From Balamuthia mandrillaris (taxonomy: Eukaryota): 64,000 bases of DNA. The notes under the pieces were generated by a model. That model was given only the letters and a program-made list of their open reading frames with translations, did no database searches and was not told the DNA's origin. Shown piece after piece: positions 34,913-47,800 of this stretch. Made by a program: the position numbers and the translations under genes. The stretch covers positions 1 to 64,000 of the forward strand of contig JAVKOQ020000019.1 in the NCBI GenBank assembly GCA_031835245.2. Direction: 5' to 3'. Every line of letters starts with the position of its first letter. Within the stretch, counting starts at the first letter, position 1.

Positions 34913-36563
34913 TCAAGAGGAGAGACCCCCTTGCTGCCTGATCTTGTCCAACGTGGCGGACGTGACGTAGCCGGTGTTGACCTCGATGGGGTCTTTGACC
35001 CGTCTGCTGCCTGACTTCTTCTTCGGGAACTTGTCCTGCAAGTTCAAAAACAGCTCAGACCGGACTCGTTCCTGCGCTCGTCTGAATTGAGGCGCTGAAA
35101 GGGCACATCTCTCCGCATTGATCACTGTATTTAACAAAAAAACATCAGCGTGAGAAAAACAAACATGAAGAATGAAGAACAAAAAAAAACACAAACTTTT
35201 TGTGAGAAGGAACTTTCTGAAGTAGGGTCCCTTCTCAAAGATGGGAACCTCTGGCAAACGAGGCTGCGACTCCGCAACCCCATTCTTGTAAGCCATTGAC
35301 AACCTTTTTGTGCGAAAACGAGGATGGAAAATGATTATGAGCAATTCTCATTCATGAGCGAAGCAAAAATAACAGAGAAGAGAAGACTTGCAACTAACCT
35401 GTAAAAGGTTTTGCCGTTCTTATGAATGGGCTGCACGAGAGCAAAAACGTGGTTAAAGTTGGAGATGAAGAGAGCAGGATCGAGCGGTTCCTCCCCCTCG
35501 TAGAACAAAATGACGACAATGTCATTTCCTATAAATCGTTTTCTCTCCCACTGTTGACATTCTTCATCGGTTTTGGCCATGTATTGAAGGTAGGTCGAAA
35601 CGTGGAACATGATCTCGTAGTTACTTTCATCTAACTTTGTGTAATACGTATCTTGATCCACTATTCATTGAAAGAAAGAAAGCAAAAGAACAAAAAGAAA
35701 AAAAAATAGAAGAAAAGAGTCAGCAAAAGAGAAAAGGACGGATAGAAGATAAACAAACGTTTCGCGCTGAGATCGCCGCGATAGCCTTGCCAGCCCATCA
35801 TGTTGATCTTAGTACCCATACATTCCAAAAATTCTTCAAAAGCTGGACTTCCCGTTACTTTTATTTGTCATAGTGGTCAGAAAAAAGAGAAAATGAAACA
35901 GTAACAAATGAGAATGGCAGAAAGTTACCGTTATTGTACATTTGAGTTTCATCTTGCCCGTTTTTACCATACACAACCCCAAGTTTTGAACAGTTGCTTC
36001 GCTATTGTTCGCCAAAGCAAATAAAAAGTAAGAAGACAACACAGAAAAAAAGAAGGAAAGAGAGAACGTACCAGCTTTCCTTCCAAAGCAGCAAATTCAT
36101 TATGAGACTCAGGGTCTCGGATGACATAAAGCCCCTTCGGAGAGAAAGTCGGTTTGAGCATCTTCTTCAGAGCTGCAAGAAGATCTTCCGAGCGAGCGTA
36201 GGACTCTTTCTTCCTGAGCTTGACCCATGAAGCAGGTATTTCCATCCGCCTGTCTCCCTGTTTCGCTCGAATAAGAACTCGGTAGAATCTCTCTTTGGAG
36301 CCGGTTGGAAAGGAACTATCTTTTCGTTCCTCAGACTCCTTTTGTATGGAAATACAGACTGCACCTAAGTTGCATTCGTTGCCGATAATATTTGCATGAA
36401 CTGTACACACGTGTTCAAAACAGGTAAGTAAAATATAAATGGTCATAGGAAACAAAAACAAAAAGAGAAGCGATAGAGTTCAGAAAGACTAATCATAAAA
36501 CAACTCATGACACTAGGTGTCAAATAGTGATTGAGCATAAATTTCATCTTTTGTTGAGGAGTG

Positions 36564-36595
<32 letters not shown>

Positions 36596-37258
36596 AAAAA
36601 AATAACTAAAAGAGATTCTGGGGAGAAAGCAAGTACCTGTCTGATTCAAGAAATAACGACAATAATCAAAGATGTTGATGTGCTCCTTCAACACCAATTC
36701 TTCCTCAGTTGGCGGCGTCTTGGCGGTCGGCTCCTCAATAAAGTAACCAGGAGAAGACAGCCACAGAGACTCAGCCACTCCTTGACCAGAGATCAAAGAG
36801 GCAGTGCTAGTTCGAGCGCTATTGATGAGCTCGTAGCTGGTGCCAGGAGGAGCCTCCCATGATTTGCGGTCGGAGGGGACCAGCTGCATTTTCTCTTCCT
36901 TGCCATGGCTAATGTAGACTTCGGGAGCAACGCTTTCGGTGCGTGGTCGGCGTTTCTTGCGAATAACTTTCAGATTTTCTAAGACTGCATTTCGAAAAGT
37001 GTTTTGTTGTTATATCGAATCAAAATATAAAAAAGAAAAACGAAGGAAGGCCAAAGAAAACAAACCTTGAGCATCAATAGGGTTGCCGTTCTCACGAAGG
37101 TCAAAAGGCCTCGAAGACAAAACTTGCAGGAAACACTCTGGTATGACTTTAACGCGATTGTCGGTAAAGTCCAGCTTTGCCAACGCTGCAGCTTCGCTAG
37201 TTCTTCCGGCAATTCCTGTGTAATGACAGTGGAAAAGAGCCGCAATGTCAAATGAGGA

Positions 37259-37293
<35 letters not shown>

Positions 37294-38625
37294 GAGCGAA
37301 AGAAGAGGAAAGAGAGAACGAACAGTCAGTTTGTTGCCTTGCAACAACAATTCTTCCAGCTTGGCCATCTTATTCATGTCCGGCGGCAGACTCTCTAACA
37401 AGTTGAAGCTCGCGTCCAAAAACGTTAGCTGCTCCAAACAAACAATCGACGGTGGCAGCTCCGCCAGTTCATTAGAAGAAAGATCCAAATGAGACAACGT
37501 CCCAGCACAGGCCTGCAACAGACATTCAGGCACATCGCTCAGTTCATTGTCAGAGCAGTCCAAGGAGACGAGGTGTTTGAAGGAGGCGAAGACGTTCTCC
37601 GGAAGTTGAGTTAGTTTGTTTTCGCTCAGGTTGAGAGTTTCGAGAGCGTTTAGCTTTTCAAAGTCTTCCGGAAGTTGTGTGATATTGTTTTTGCCTTTTA
37701 AAAGGGATACGAGCAAATGAGACAAAGAAGGGATAACGAGAAACAGAAAAGAGAAACGCACAAAGGTCTAAATGCAAGAGATAGCTCAACGAGCAAACAT
37801 GCGTGGGGACAGAAGGTCCCAAGCCAATGCCGCGTAGAGATAGTTTCTCTTTCGTCTTTCCCACAAAGGCTGTTTGTATCGCATTACTCAGTCTTTCTTC
37901 CACACTGGCTCCTGATGGCTGCATCGAGGCATGGCGGTTAATAACGAGAAAAAAACAAAACAAAGCACAGAGGAGAAAGAGAAAAGAATGTTTACCATAA
38001 GAGCCTCTGAAGAATCGCCGCTCATGGCTGCTCCAACGCCTCCGCTCGCCACTGAACAAATGTAAGCAACGGGTGAGGCTTTACAAGGCAACATGAAAGT
38101 ACACATTAAAGGGAACGACAAGAAGTAAAGTAAGAAGTAGTACCAGTTGTGATGCGAAGCTTCAACCATTGGAAGTGAGAACGAGGGTTAACGCAAGGCT
38201 CCACAAACATATGATTGTTTTTGTTAATAAAAGTGCTGATCGAAGTGAACTTGTACGACTGTTGTTTGGCGATGATGATGACGCCGCCTTCCATGTCATT
38301 CCGGATGTTGTTGAAGTGACAGATCTTCCCCTTCTTAATGTAGTCGACTGTAAAGGCGCCAGGAAGGCCGCTGTAGCGCAGCAAGAAGGTTCCTTCTTTG
38401 CCTGTCTCCGAGAGAAGCCGTTCGGAAGCTTGTCTGCTTTGATTGCCATGAAACCATCTATTGATTGTAAAGCAAAATCACGAGCGCATGTTTGTTTCTT
38501 CTTTCGCTCCTCAAACAAAAAAAAGATAACCCAAAACGAAAAGGAGAAAGCGTACACGTTGCCTTGTTGCAGCAAGTCTGTTATCTAATTTGAACAAGTT
38601 AAAACAAAGAAAATGAGAAGAGAAG

Positions 38626-38662
<37 letters not shown>

Positions 38663-39410
38663 GACAAAGTAGAAATGCCGAAAAACAGACAACGAAAGAA
38701 CAAGAGCAAAAAAAGTTACTTTTTCTAAGGACTTTTCGGGAGGGCCAAAGCGCATCAGGAATAGCGTGAACTGCTTTTTCGTTACAAGCGGATTCTCTTC
38801 TTCCTGTTCTCCTGTTCATTCGAATAGAAGCAAGATACAACGAAAAGAGCAAATGAAGAAAAAATGAAAGCGGAAAGTAGAAAACCAAAAGAGAAAAGGA
38901 GTCAACAAGACGAATGAGAATAAAGTCACAAGAACGACTCTTGTTTGCAGTATGAAAAAAGAAGAACATGAAAAGAACAACAAGCAGCACAACAAGAGAC
39001 GCAACCTAACAGCGAGGAACAGAGAGAGCAAGAAAGAGAGAGAAGAGAGAAACGAAACCATGGTCGCAAAAGATGACAGACAAGCAAACAGCGTTGAGCT
39101 CGGTGTAGCTAACACCGACATTGGCCAAAAAGCCTTCCGCAAACTTCCCGACTGGAATGGCCTGGTTACCCATTTTTTTTTTAATGTTTTACAAAATATT
39201 TAAAAAAGAAGGAGAAAATACGGAGTAAAAAAAAAATATGAAAATAACATAAAAAATGCAAAAAAAAAACTTGGAGGAAATGCAGAGTGACAGAACGAAG
39301 AAAGGCCTAACCTGTGCGTTGGAACTAAGTCCCGCGAGCTCACAAGCAGCGTTCCAGACCTTGTCCATAAAGTCATGGAATTGAGTGGTCTTCACCGGCA
39401 CCGCCTCCAT
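34913..39410 (-). CDS. SH2 + leucine-rich repeat + RapGAP domain protein (multi-exon)
   Basis: SH2 WFHGNQSRQASERLLSETGKEGTFLLRYS (from 38456). LRRs LETLNLSENKLTQLP and LSHLDLSSNELAELP. RapGAP EIMFHVSTYL, RKRFIGNDIV, SNFNHVF, FLLTK/INAERCA. Confidence 0.85.
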
Positions 39411-39912
39411 CACGCTTCTTCTACTTCTTTCTTTCTTCGCCTGCTTTTTTTTTTTCCCAAATCCTTCCTTCTCTACTTTCTTTCTTCTCTTGTGAGGGCA
39501 GGGCAGGGCAATGCAGGGCAGAGTGCTACGTTGTGTGTGCGTGTGAGAGAGGTGGTGGTTACCGAACACCCTTCTCTTTTTTTTTTCCCCGTCACCTCCT
39601 CTCCTCCTTGTTGCTTGTTGTTGTTGTTGGAGGTTATTTATTTTTTTTTTATTTGCCCCTAAACAAAATGCGGTAACTCATCGCGTTTCCTCCTGCTGTC
39701 CGCATTATATCTATAAATGGATATCTTTGATTAATTAATTTAGCAAAAAATGACTCCTCGCCTATTCTCATCGTGTCGGCATGAGGAATTATGTCCATAT
39801 GGAATTGTTGTCGACGATCATAGTTTATCTGATTTTTGGTTGGTTGTGAGAAAAATTGAAGTAAAATTCCACTCATTCCATACATTCTAGAGTAAAACAG
39901 CGGAAAGGGAGG

Positions 39913-40829
39913 ATGGAGGGCCAAAGGAGGGTGTGCATCGTCACGGGGGCGGCCAACGGGGTTGGCAAGGGCATCGCTTTGCACTTTTTGCGGCATGACT
40001 ACAACGTGGTGGTGGCCGACATCGACGCCGCTGCCGGCCAGCGTTTCCTCGACGACTATCAAGCGGCTTCCGCTTCCTCCCCCACCGAAGCGTTCTTTGT
40101 GGAAACGAACGTTGGCGATGAGGAGAGCGTGAAGCGGATGGTCGAGAAGGTGACCGCCAAGTTCGGAAGGATCGACTGCCTCATCAACAACGCGGCCATG
40201 GCCTATCCTTACTTCCGCAGCGGCTCCTCCCTGGAGGACGTCTCCTTTGAGGAGTGGCGCAGGTTCATGAACGTCAACCTGGACAGCATCTTCCTGTGTT
40301 GCAAGTACGCCGTGCCGTACCTCAAGAAGAGCCCCTCCGCCGCTATCATCAACATCTCCTCCACTCGTCACCACCAAAGCGAACCCAACACTGAGGTTTA
40401 TTTTTTGCTTTCTCTACTTTTGCGTGCTTTAGTAATGACTCATCATCACCTCTCAAAACAACTGCAACACCAAAGGCATACTGCGCGACCAAAGGCGGGG
40501 TGGTCTCCATGACGCACGCCCTGGCCAGCACGTTGGGTGCTCACCTCCCCAAGAAAGGGGAGGAGCAAGCGGAGGAGGCCAAAGTCTATCCCATTCGCGT
40601 CAACTGCATCTCTCCCGGATGGATCTCCGTGCCCAGCCAAGGCATCGCCCACCTCACCGAGGTGGACCACAAGCAACACCCGGCGGGGAGGGTGGGACGT
40701 CCTGAGGACGTTGGCAAGCTGGCCTTGTTCCTGGCCAGAGAGGAGGAGAGCGGGTTCATCACCGGACAAAACTTTTTCATTGATGGTGGCATCACCAAGA
40801 AGATGATTTATCTCTCTGACTTTCACTAA
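39913..40829 (+). CDS. Short-chain dehydrogenase/reductase (one intron)
   Basis: VTGAANGVG, INNAA, INISS, YCATK (YxxxK) after the intron, IRVNCISPG, ITGQNFFIDGG. Confidence 0.95.
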
Positions 40830-40984
40830 AGTCCTATGCACACATCATTCTTGGTTTGTTTTCTTTATTTGTTGAGAGCTAACACACCAAACCATACACA
40901 AAAAGTAAGAATTATACATGCAGAGTGCACTCTTGCTTCTCTTACTCCCCTCATCCTCGATGCTTCCCAAGTGTTTTCTCAAAG

Positions 40985-41764
40985 TCAATCTTCTTTGGCT
41001 AAGGAATCTCTTGCCACATACCACACCCTTGTTGTTGCTGGGCGCCGATGAGCGTTTGTAGTTTGCATAAGGTCGATTTTTGCTCCCTCCTCCTTCACCT
41101 CCGATATAAGGCCATTTATACGAGCCACCTTTTCTTCAAAGTACTCCTTGCGAGACTGTTGGCTCAAAGTTAGTTCCTCCGCTTTGCCGAGCCCCAGCTG
41201 AATGATCTCAAAGTTGTGGAGGTACTTGGCGAGCTCTCCTTGAACTTTGGTGTTGTTCCGGTCCAACAGCTCGAACTTTTCCACGATGAGCAACAGTTCA
41301 TTGTTGAGTCTTTTGAGGTCACTCCAGCTGGAGCATCCCCAGTTCGGTTTGTCGTTGAATATGTCCCAAATTTCTGTTTTCATCTCCAGCCCACAGCGAA
41401 AGGTCTTAAGAAGGTTTGGGACTATATAGAGGAAGGAAAAGGTTAGTCGCAGGTTTTTGCATACCGCATAATGAAAAAGATAACAAGCAGAAAACCCACC
41501 TTGCAGGGAAGTCACCACCTCTCCAACGTATAGCTCATCACCCTTGTTTTTGATATGGTAGCTGTACTGCTTAACCTCGGAGATGTTCTCCACGCGAGCT
41601 ATTATTTCCTCGTTCGTTGCATGCAGAGCACGTATCTTGGGGAAGAGCTGGTCCATTGTTTGTTGTTGCACCCTTCGTTCAATTAAATTAAAAAATTCTC
41701 CCTTCTCATCTCCCTGTCTCCTCTCTCTGCTCTCTCTTCTCTCTCTTTCTACTCTCTCCCTGTC

Positions 41765-41802
<38 letters not shown>

Positions 41803-41806
41803 TCTC

Positions 41807-41847
<41 letters not shown>

Positions 41848-44800
41848 CATCGTTCTTGTCCTTCTCTCTCTAAAGAACACAAATTGTCAGCAACAAGCTG
41901 TTTGTATTGGATGCTCAGCTACCAAAGCGAATGGCGGCATACTTGTCGCTGTGCCGTTGTACAATTTCTTCCTCTTTCTCTGCATCTCCTTCCTTTTCCT
42001 TACCTTTCTTCTCTGCTCCTTCTTCTTGTTCTTCCGTCTCTTTCGGCTCTTCTTCTTCTTCTTCAAGAAGGAAACGTTGAACTTGATCATAGCAAGCTTG
42101 TAACTTGGCTTGTGGCTTGTCAAACTTCTCCCAATAAACCGTGGTGAAGGTTCTCTTTTTGGTGAGAAAGTTTTGAAGGTCTGGCCACCAAAGGTCTTGT
42201 GTGGAACGAAGATAAGAGGCCGCAAATTTGTTCTCGTTGGCTAATTCCATCATGAAGTGAATTGTGGCAAAGACGAAGCTTGGTTTGTCTCCTTTCGGCG
42301 TTTTCATAATGGATAAAATGCCTCCCTCTGTTGGATCATTTCAGATGTTAGGCTCAGAGAGAACAACGAAGAGAACGATGAAGAAATCAAAGAGGAGACA
42401 ACAAAGCGAAGAGAGTGCGAAGTGAAATACCTTTAGGATTGAGAGTAAGCTCAATGCGCCAATGTTGAAGGCTGTCTTTCATGCGAAGCAGATTGGTGAG
42501 GACAGGGAAGACGTGTTCCATGGCATCCACTTCGGTGATCTCTTTGAACAGACAAGACAACACGAAGTATGACCTCTCTTCATCCTCCCAAGATAAGTGA
42601 GTCGTAACGATGTTGTTGGTTGTGTGGTTGTATCCTTGTTTCATCATACTCTCAAAGAAGGGCTAACATATTTATAAATATGTTAGACAATAATACAGAA
42701 AAAAAAAAAAAGAAGACAGAAAGGCGAAGGAGAAATGAAGAGAGAAAAGAAACGTACCTTATTGAACAATAGACGACGCGATTTAAGGTGAAGAGGAGCA
42801 AATGTAGGATCGTCAGGCCACGCTGTGGGCGGTCTCTTGGGAGCAAGCGCTTTGGTGGCTGGCGTCTCCACCGATCGCATGATGGCAGCGAAGGCATCCA
42901 TGAACGTTTCGAGGTTAGGAGAGACTCTGTTGACTTCTCCGATGTGAACTCTTCTTGGTCCGGTCCAGTAAGGGCTGAACTCACCCATGTAAAAGTCCAC
43001 CAGAATGCCAATCATTCCTCTGTCGATAAGATACATCCTCTAGGAATTGCAAAAGTAAGCTCCAATGAGAAAATGAAGTAAAAGATAAGGAAGAGGAAGA
43101 ACGAAAGAAAAAGAAACCTGTTCATAACCCAATTCAGCGAATTGGTGGAAGATCCAAAAGTATTGTTGGAAGCGTCTCCATGCCCTTCTTGTTCCCTCCA
43201 TCTATTTCAACACCAACGTTAGTGAAAAGGAGGGACGGGAGAGAGAGATGGGAACTGACGTTTTCGATCATATACTCTATAAAGTTGACGCTGGAAGTGG
43301 TTGATGAATGATTGTAAGACTTCTCCTCTTTCTCCAACGGCGGTCTCTGTTCCTCCTCTTCCAAAATTTGAAGCATGGCATCCTTTCTCTCCTCTCTCTC
43401 CTTTCTCAAAGTCTCCGTTTCTATTTGGCTCAACGTGGACAAAACAGAGACAATCAGCCCGGCGAAGCCCTCACGAACAACTTGGTGGATGGTGTCGATG
43501 AGATGGTACTGGAACCATTGTTTCTTTTGTTCGTTGGCTAATGTCGATAAGAACCAGCGACAAGCCTTTTAAAAAATAAAAGGTGTGGTTTAGAAAAAAG
43601 AATAGGCGAAACAAGAAAAAGGTAACTTACGGGAACGTGGAACTTATAGAGAGCAACAAGAGAAGACATGAAAGTCTTGTACAGCTTCTCATCCTCAGCA
43701 CCATTGCGGACCAGCGTGTCCATCATTCTTGTTGCAAAGTGAATTAGACGGAACGATTCATCTTCTTCTAACTTGCCTTCTACTTCTGTTTAATTTTGAA
43801 TCAGTCAGTTTTAAAGGGTAAGAGGAAAGGAAAAAAAAAAACAAACCTAAAACAGGGGTGGAAGGAGTGGGCACTAATCCAAAGAGATTAGCCAAGAATT
43901 GGATGTACTCCTGTTGGTACATGTGCTTGCTACGCATGACTTTGTGGTTGTTCTTCCAAACGTACTTCAACACCGTTTCCGGCATTACTTCAGAAAATAG
44001 GTCTTCCAAAGGATCCACATTCTTTTCTTTTCCTGCTTTGTCTTTTCCTTTGTCTTTTCCATTCTCGCTTTCGTGTTCTTCTATTATTGGTGTTGCTGGA
44101 AGAGGACCAATAAATGGAGAAGATGATGATGAAGAGGATGGCGAAGAGCTGCCATTTTCTGTTGAGAGTTGTTGAGAAATGACGTTGCGTTGAGCGGTTT
44201 GAATGGCTTCTGGAATGGGGAAGACTTCTGGCTCTGGTACAATTCTCTGATAGAACAAAATGTAGGCGCTGTTTGGTGTCTTTTCACCACCAAAGCACTC
44301 TCTTGCCACATTCTAAAAATGTGGAGAAAATAAGCATTTTGCAAGAGAATTTAACATCATAGCAGGAAAAAGATAAGACAAGAGAAGGAAGAGGTACCTT
44401 GATGTCCCAAGGAGTGACGTAGGCATCGTTGAACTCGTACCAGTTACCAGGTGACTTCGTTCGTTCTTTTATGTAGGAATAGTAATGTCCTGCTTCTTGT
44501 GATCCTGTAAAGTGAAAAGAGCTAAGTACAACATGAATCATGATAAGATAAAAGAGGTAGACAGAAGTACCTGTGTGCACCAAAATGCCAACAAGTTCGT
44601 ACTGATAGTACGATTCGGGCAAAGTACGTGGGAATATTTCAGACCAATCCACTATTGATTTGGTTGAACGAAGCAATTATTCTCCAGAAGTAATAGGGAG
44701 AGAAAGGGAAAAGGAGAACAAAAATACCATCTTCAGCAGAGTCACCACGTTTAGCTTTCTCTCTGTCGATGAGTTCTTTTCTGTTCAAACCTTCAGCAGT

Positions 44801-47800
44801 GAATGGCTCCATGTTGAGCCTCAACGGAAACTCGAAACGGTCCGTCACTTTGAACTGTTTGATGTCTCCCATCGCATCGATGCTATAGTCGAAGCGTTTC
44901 AAATGGATAATGAGCGTATTTGAAAGGTGCTTGTAACATGTTCTAATGTTAAAATAAACAGACGTTAGTTAGTTAGTTAAAAATAACTGAAGAAAAGAAA
45001 GACACAAGTACCTTTTCACTGCACCGACAACTGTGTTGCAGTCTTCACATTTCCAGTCATCAAGTTTGTCTCCCTCTACGTAATGTTCAAGCGCTTCGTT
45101 CAGGTCTTTCACTCCGCGAACAGGAACTGTCACCAAAGAAACTGGGTGTTCGCTCTCCGAAAAGTGTTCCGGATTCTCGTTGCAACGAACGATTTGTGTT
45201 TCTTTGCCTGTAAAGTTGTGCAACAATTTTTCCTACAAGGAGAAATAGAAAAAAACAGTAAGAAGAGCAACAGCATAACAAACCGAAAATGATAGATAAA
45301 ATAACAGAAACGTACATGTTCAGTTCCTTTCAGCAGATCTTCCAAGCGAGCAAACAGTGTGTACACAAACTCGCTGGCATCCTCCTGAATGTAAAGGCTG
45401 ACCGGTTGTCCCATTCGATCCTTGAATGCCTTACAGAAGGATGAAGTAGGATCGTAGTATTGGTTCTGGCTTTGCATCAAGTGACCGAACATGATTTGCA
45501 GTTGATAGAGGACGTTATCTGCCAGAAGATCTTCCTCTTTAGTTGTTGTTGGTTTATTTGTTGCTTGCTCTCCATCCTTATCTTTCTCCTTTCCTTCGTC
45601 CTTCACTTCTTGCTTTTCGTCGATGGGCGGAAGAGAAACTTTTGCAGACAGAAGGCCGTAACGCAAAGTTGGGTTCATGAAGATCTGTTGAAGGAGCGAA
45701 TTCATGTAACAAATGCAGCCAGGATTACGAAGACCGACATAGCCTGAGATGTTTCTGTCCATTGGTCGTTCGATGGGTGCCTTTTTGTCTGTGTCTATTA
45801 CAAAGACATTCAGTTTGATGGAAAAGAAGGAAAGCAAGCATAACGAATAAAACAAGATACAAAGACAAGAAGAAGAAGAAGGAGAAGGAGGAGGAGGAGA
45901 AGGAGGAGGAGAAGGAGAAGGAGAAGGAGAAGAAGAAGAAGAAGGAGAAGAAGAAGGAGAAAAAGAAACAGAGCGCAGGAAGACGAAGGAGTACAAACCT
46001 TGTTCTTCGTGAAGTTCAAAAACAAATCGCAGGATACGCCGCAAGTTATCAGGACAGTCTCTGGCAAACTCAAGGAGCAGGTTCAGTGCCATCTCTCTGG
46101 ACTTAGGCGTCTTGCACTTCGCGTTCTCTTTCCAACGTTCATAAGCGCCGTTCTCCTTCTTACGCAAAGGCTCTGGCGCTGGGAATAAGTACTTTTGCCA
46201 TAATGCTCCCAATAAATCTCCTCTGATGCAATAAAGAGAAGGAATTGGTTAAAAAACTGGTAAATAAATAAACAAGCTTAGAAACAACAGAAACATTAAT
46301 AACGACCAACCCTTCAGCAGAGGCTAAATAGATCTTCATGGCAGGAGTGTAATGCAACAAGGTGGCTAACACTTTCATCATGCCAATAAGGATGTGATCC
46401 GGAGAACCGTCCCCATGCGCTTCCTGTACTGTTCTCTCTTGTATTTGTCTTACAAGCGATCGCAACAGTCCTTCATATTTGCCCGTCTTTTGTTGTGGTT
46501 GAAAAAAAATAAGACGGGATGTACCAAAGAGAAGAGCTGTAGGGAGAAAAATAATACCTCATCAGAATTCTTTTGCGATTGTTCGATATCTTCAGATATG
46601 AGTTGGCTCAAGAACTCAAAGTATTGTTGGCAAGTATGACTGACCGCGCCCTCCGCCGGTAGGTTCGCCAACAACAACTCAAGTAAATAAGAATGAGGTG
46701 TTCCATGGCTCTTTCCTGCTGGTGCTGGCAAAGACTCAGCCGGGCTATTGGTTGTAAAGCTGAGGAGTTAGGTAAAAGAGCAATGAAAGAAATGTGAAAG
46801 AAAGAAAGAGAGAGCGAATGTACAGTTTCGACAATTCAGTAGCTAATTGATAAAGGCCATTGACAACCGCTTGTCGAATGTCCGAATCAGGATGGTGTAT
46901 CACCGAACTCACAATAAAGCTCTCAATTTCCAAATCATTTTTGTTGTGGCTGTTGCTCGGCGTTCCTTTCTCACCATCTCCGCATTCTTGTCTCTGTTTC
47001 TTCTTCTTCGAGCCATCGTCATAAGGGAAATGATAAAAGTAGACGAGGAGATCAGGACGAGAGGCGATAGAGGCCACCAACAATGACATCGCGTATTTGA
47101 TAATGGAAACGTCGGAGCGATGATACTCGGAGCTCTTACATGTGTCCCACGTAAGCTGAATCATCGTTTGCACAAAGAACGGGAAGTCGACTGAGTCGAT
47201 CAGACTTTTACCAGTGCGAGCGCTAAAAGCGAGTTGGTTCCTGGCACGTTTGTTGTTGGTCCCAATCTCTTGAGCACCGGGTGGTAATGCCTGTTGTTGA
47301 GAAGAAGGCACAAGGGCTCCAGGATCTTTGCCGAAAGGAGTGGTGGGAATGTTGGCTAAGCATTGTTCCTTCAAACCACCTAGAGACATGAACTTGGTCA
47401 ACAAGTGGAGATGAAAACATTAAGAAAACAACAAAAAGAAAGAAATGGAAACCTTTGAAGAAGTAATGAACAATTTTGAGAAGATACTTGAGACAGCTCT
47501 TGAAGACGCTGATGTTCTCTTGCTCAACAAACTTGCGTTTGCAAGAGGCCAACATGTTGAAGAGATGATGGAAACCGGAAGCATAGAAAAACTGCCTGCA
47601 CCACTTATCCTTCTCTGCAATTTCTTCTTCCTGAATTTTTGACAAAATAAATTATTCATCTTCTTGAAGAAGAAAGAAGATGAAAGAAAGCAAAAAGTAC
47701 CGTTGCACTTTCGGAAGGAGACATCAGCAGGTTTATGATCTTCAGGTTATAGAGAAGTTTGTACATGGAGCGAGGATCCAACAAACCATCCCAATCAGGA

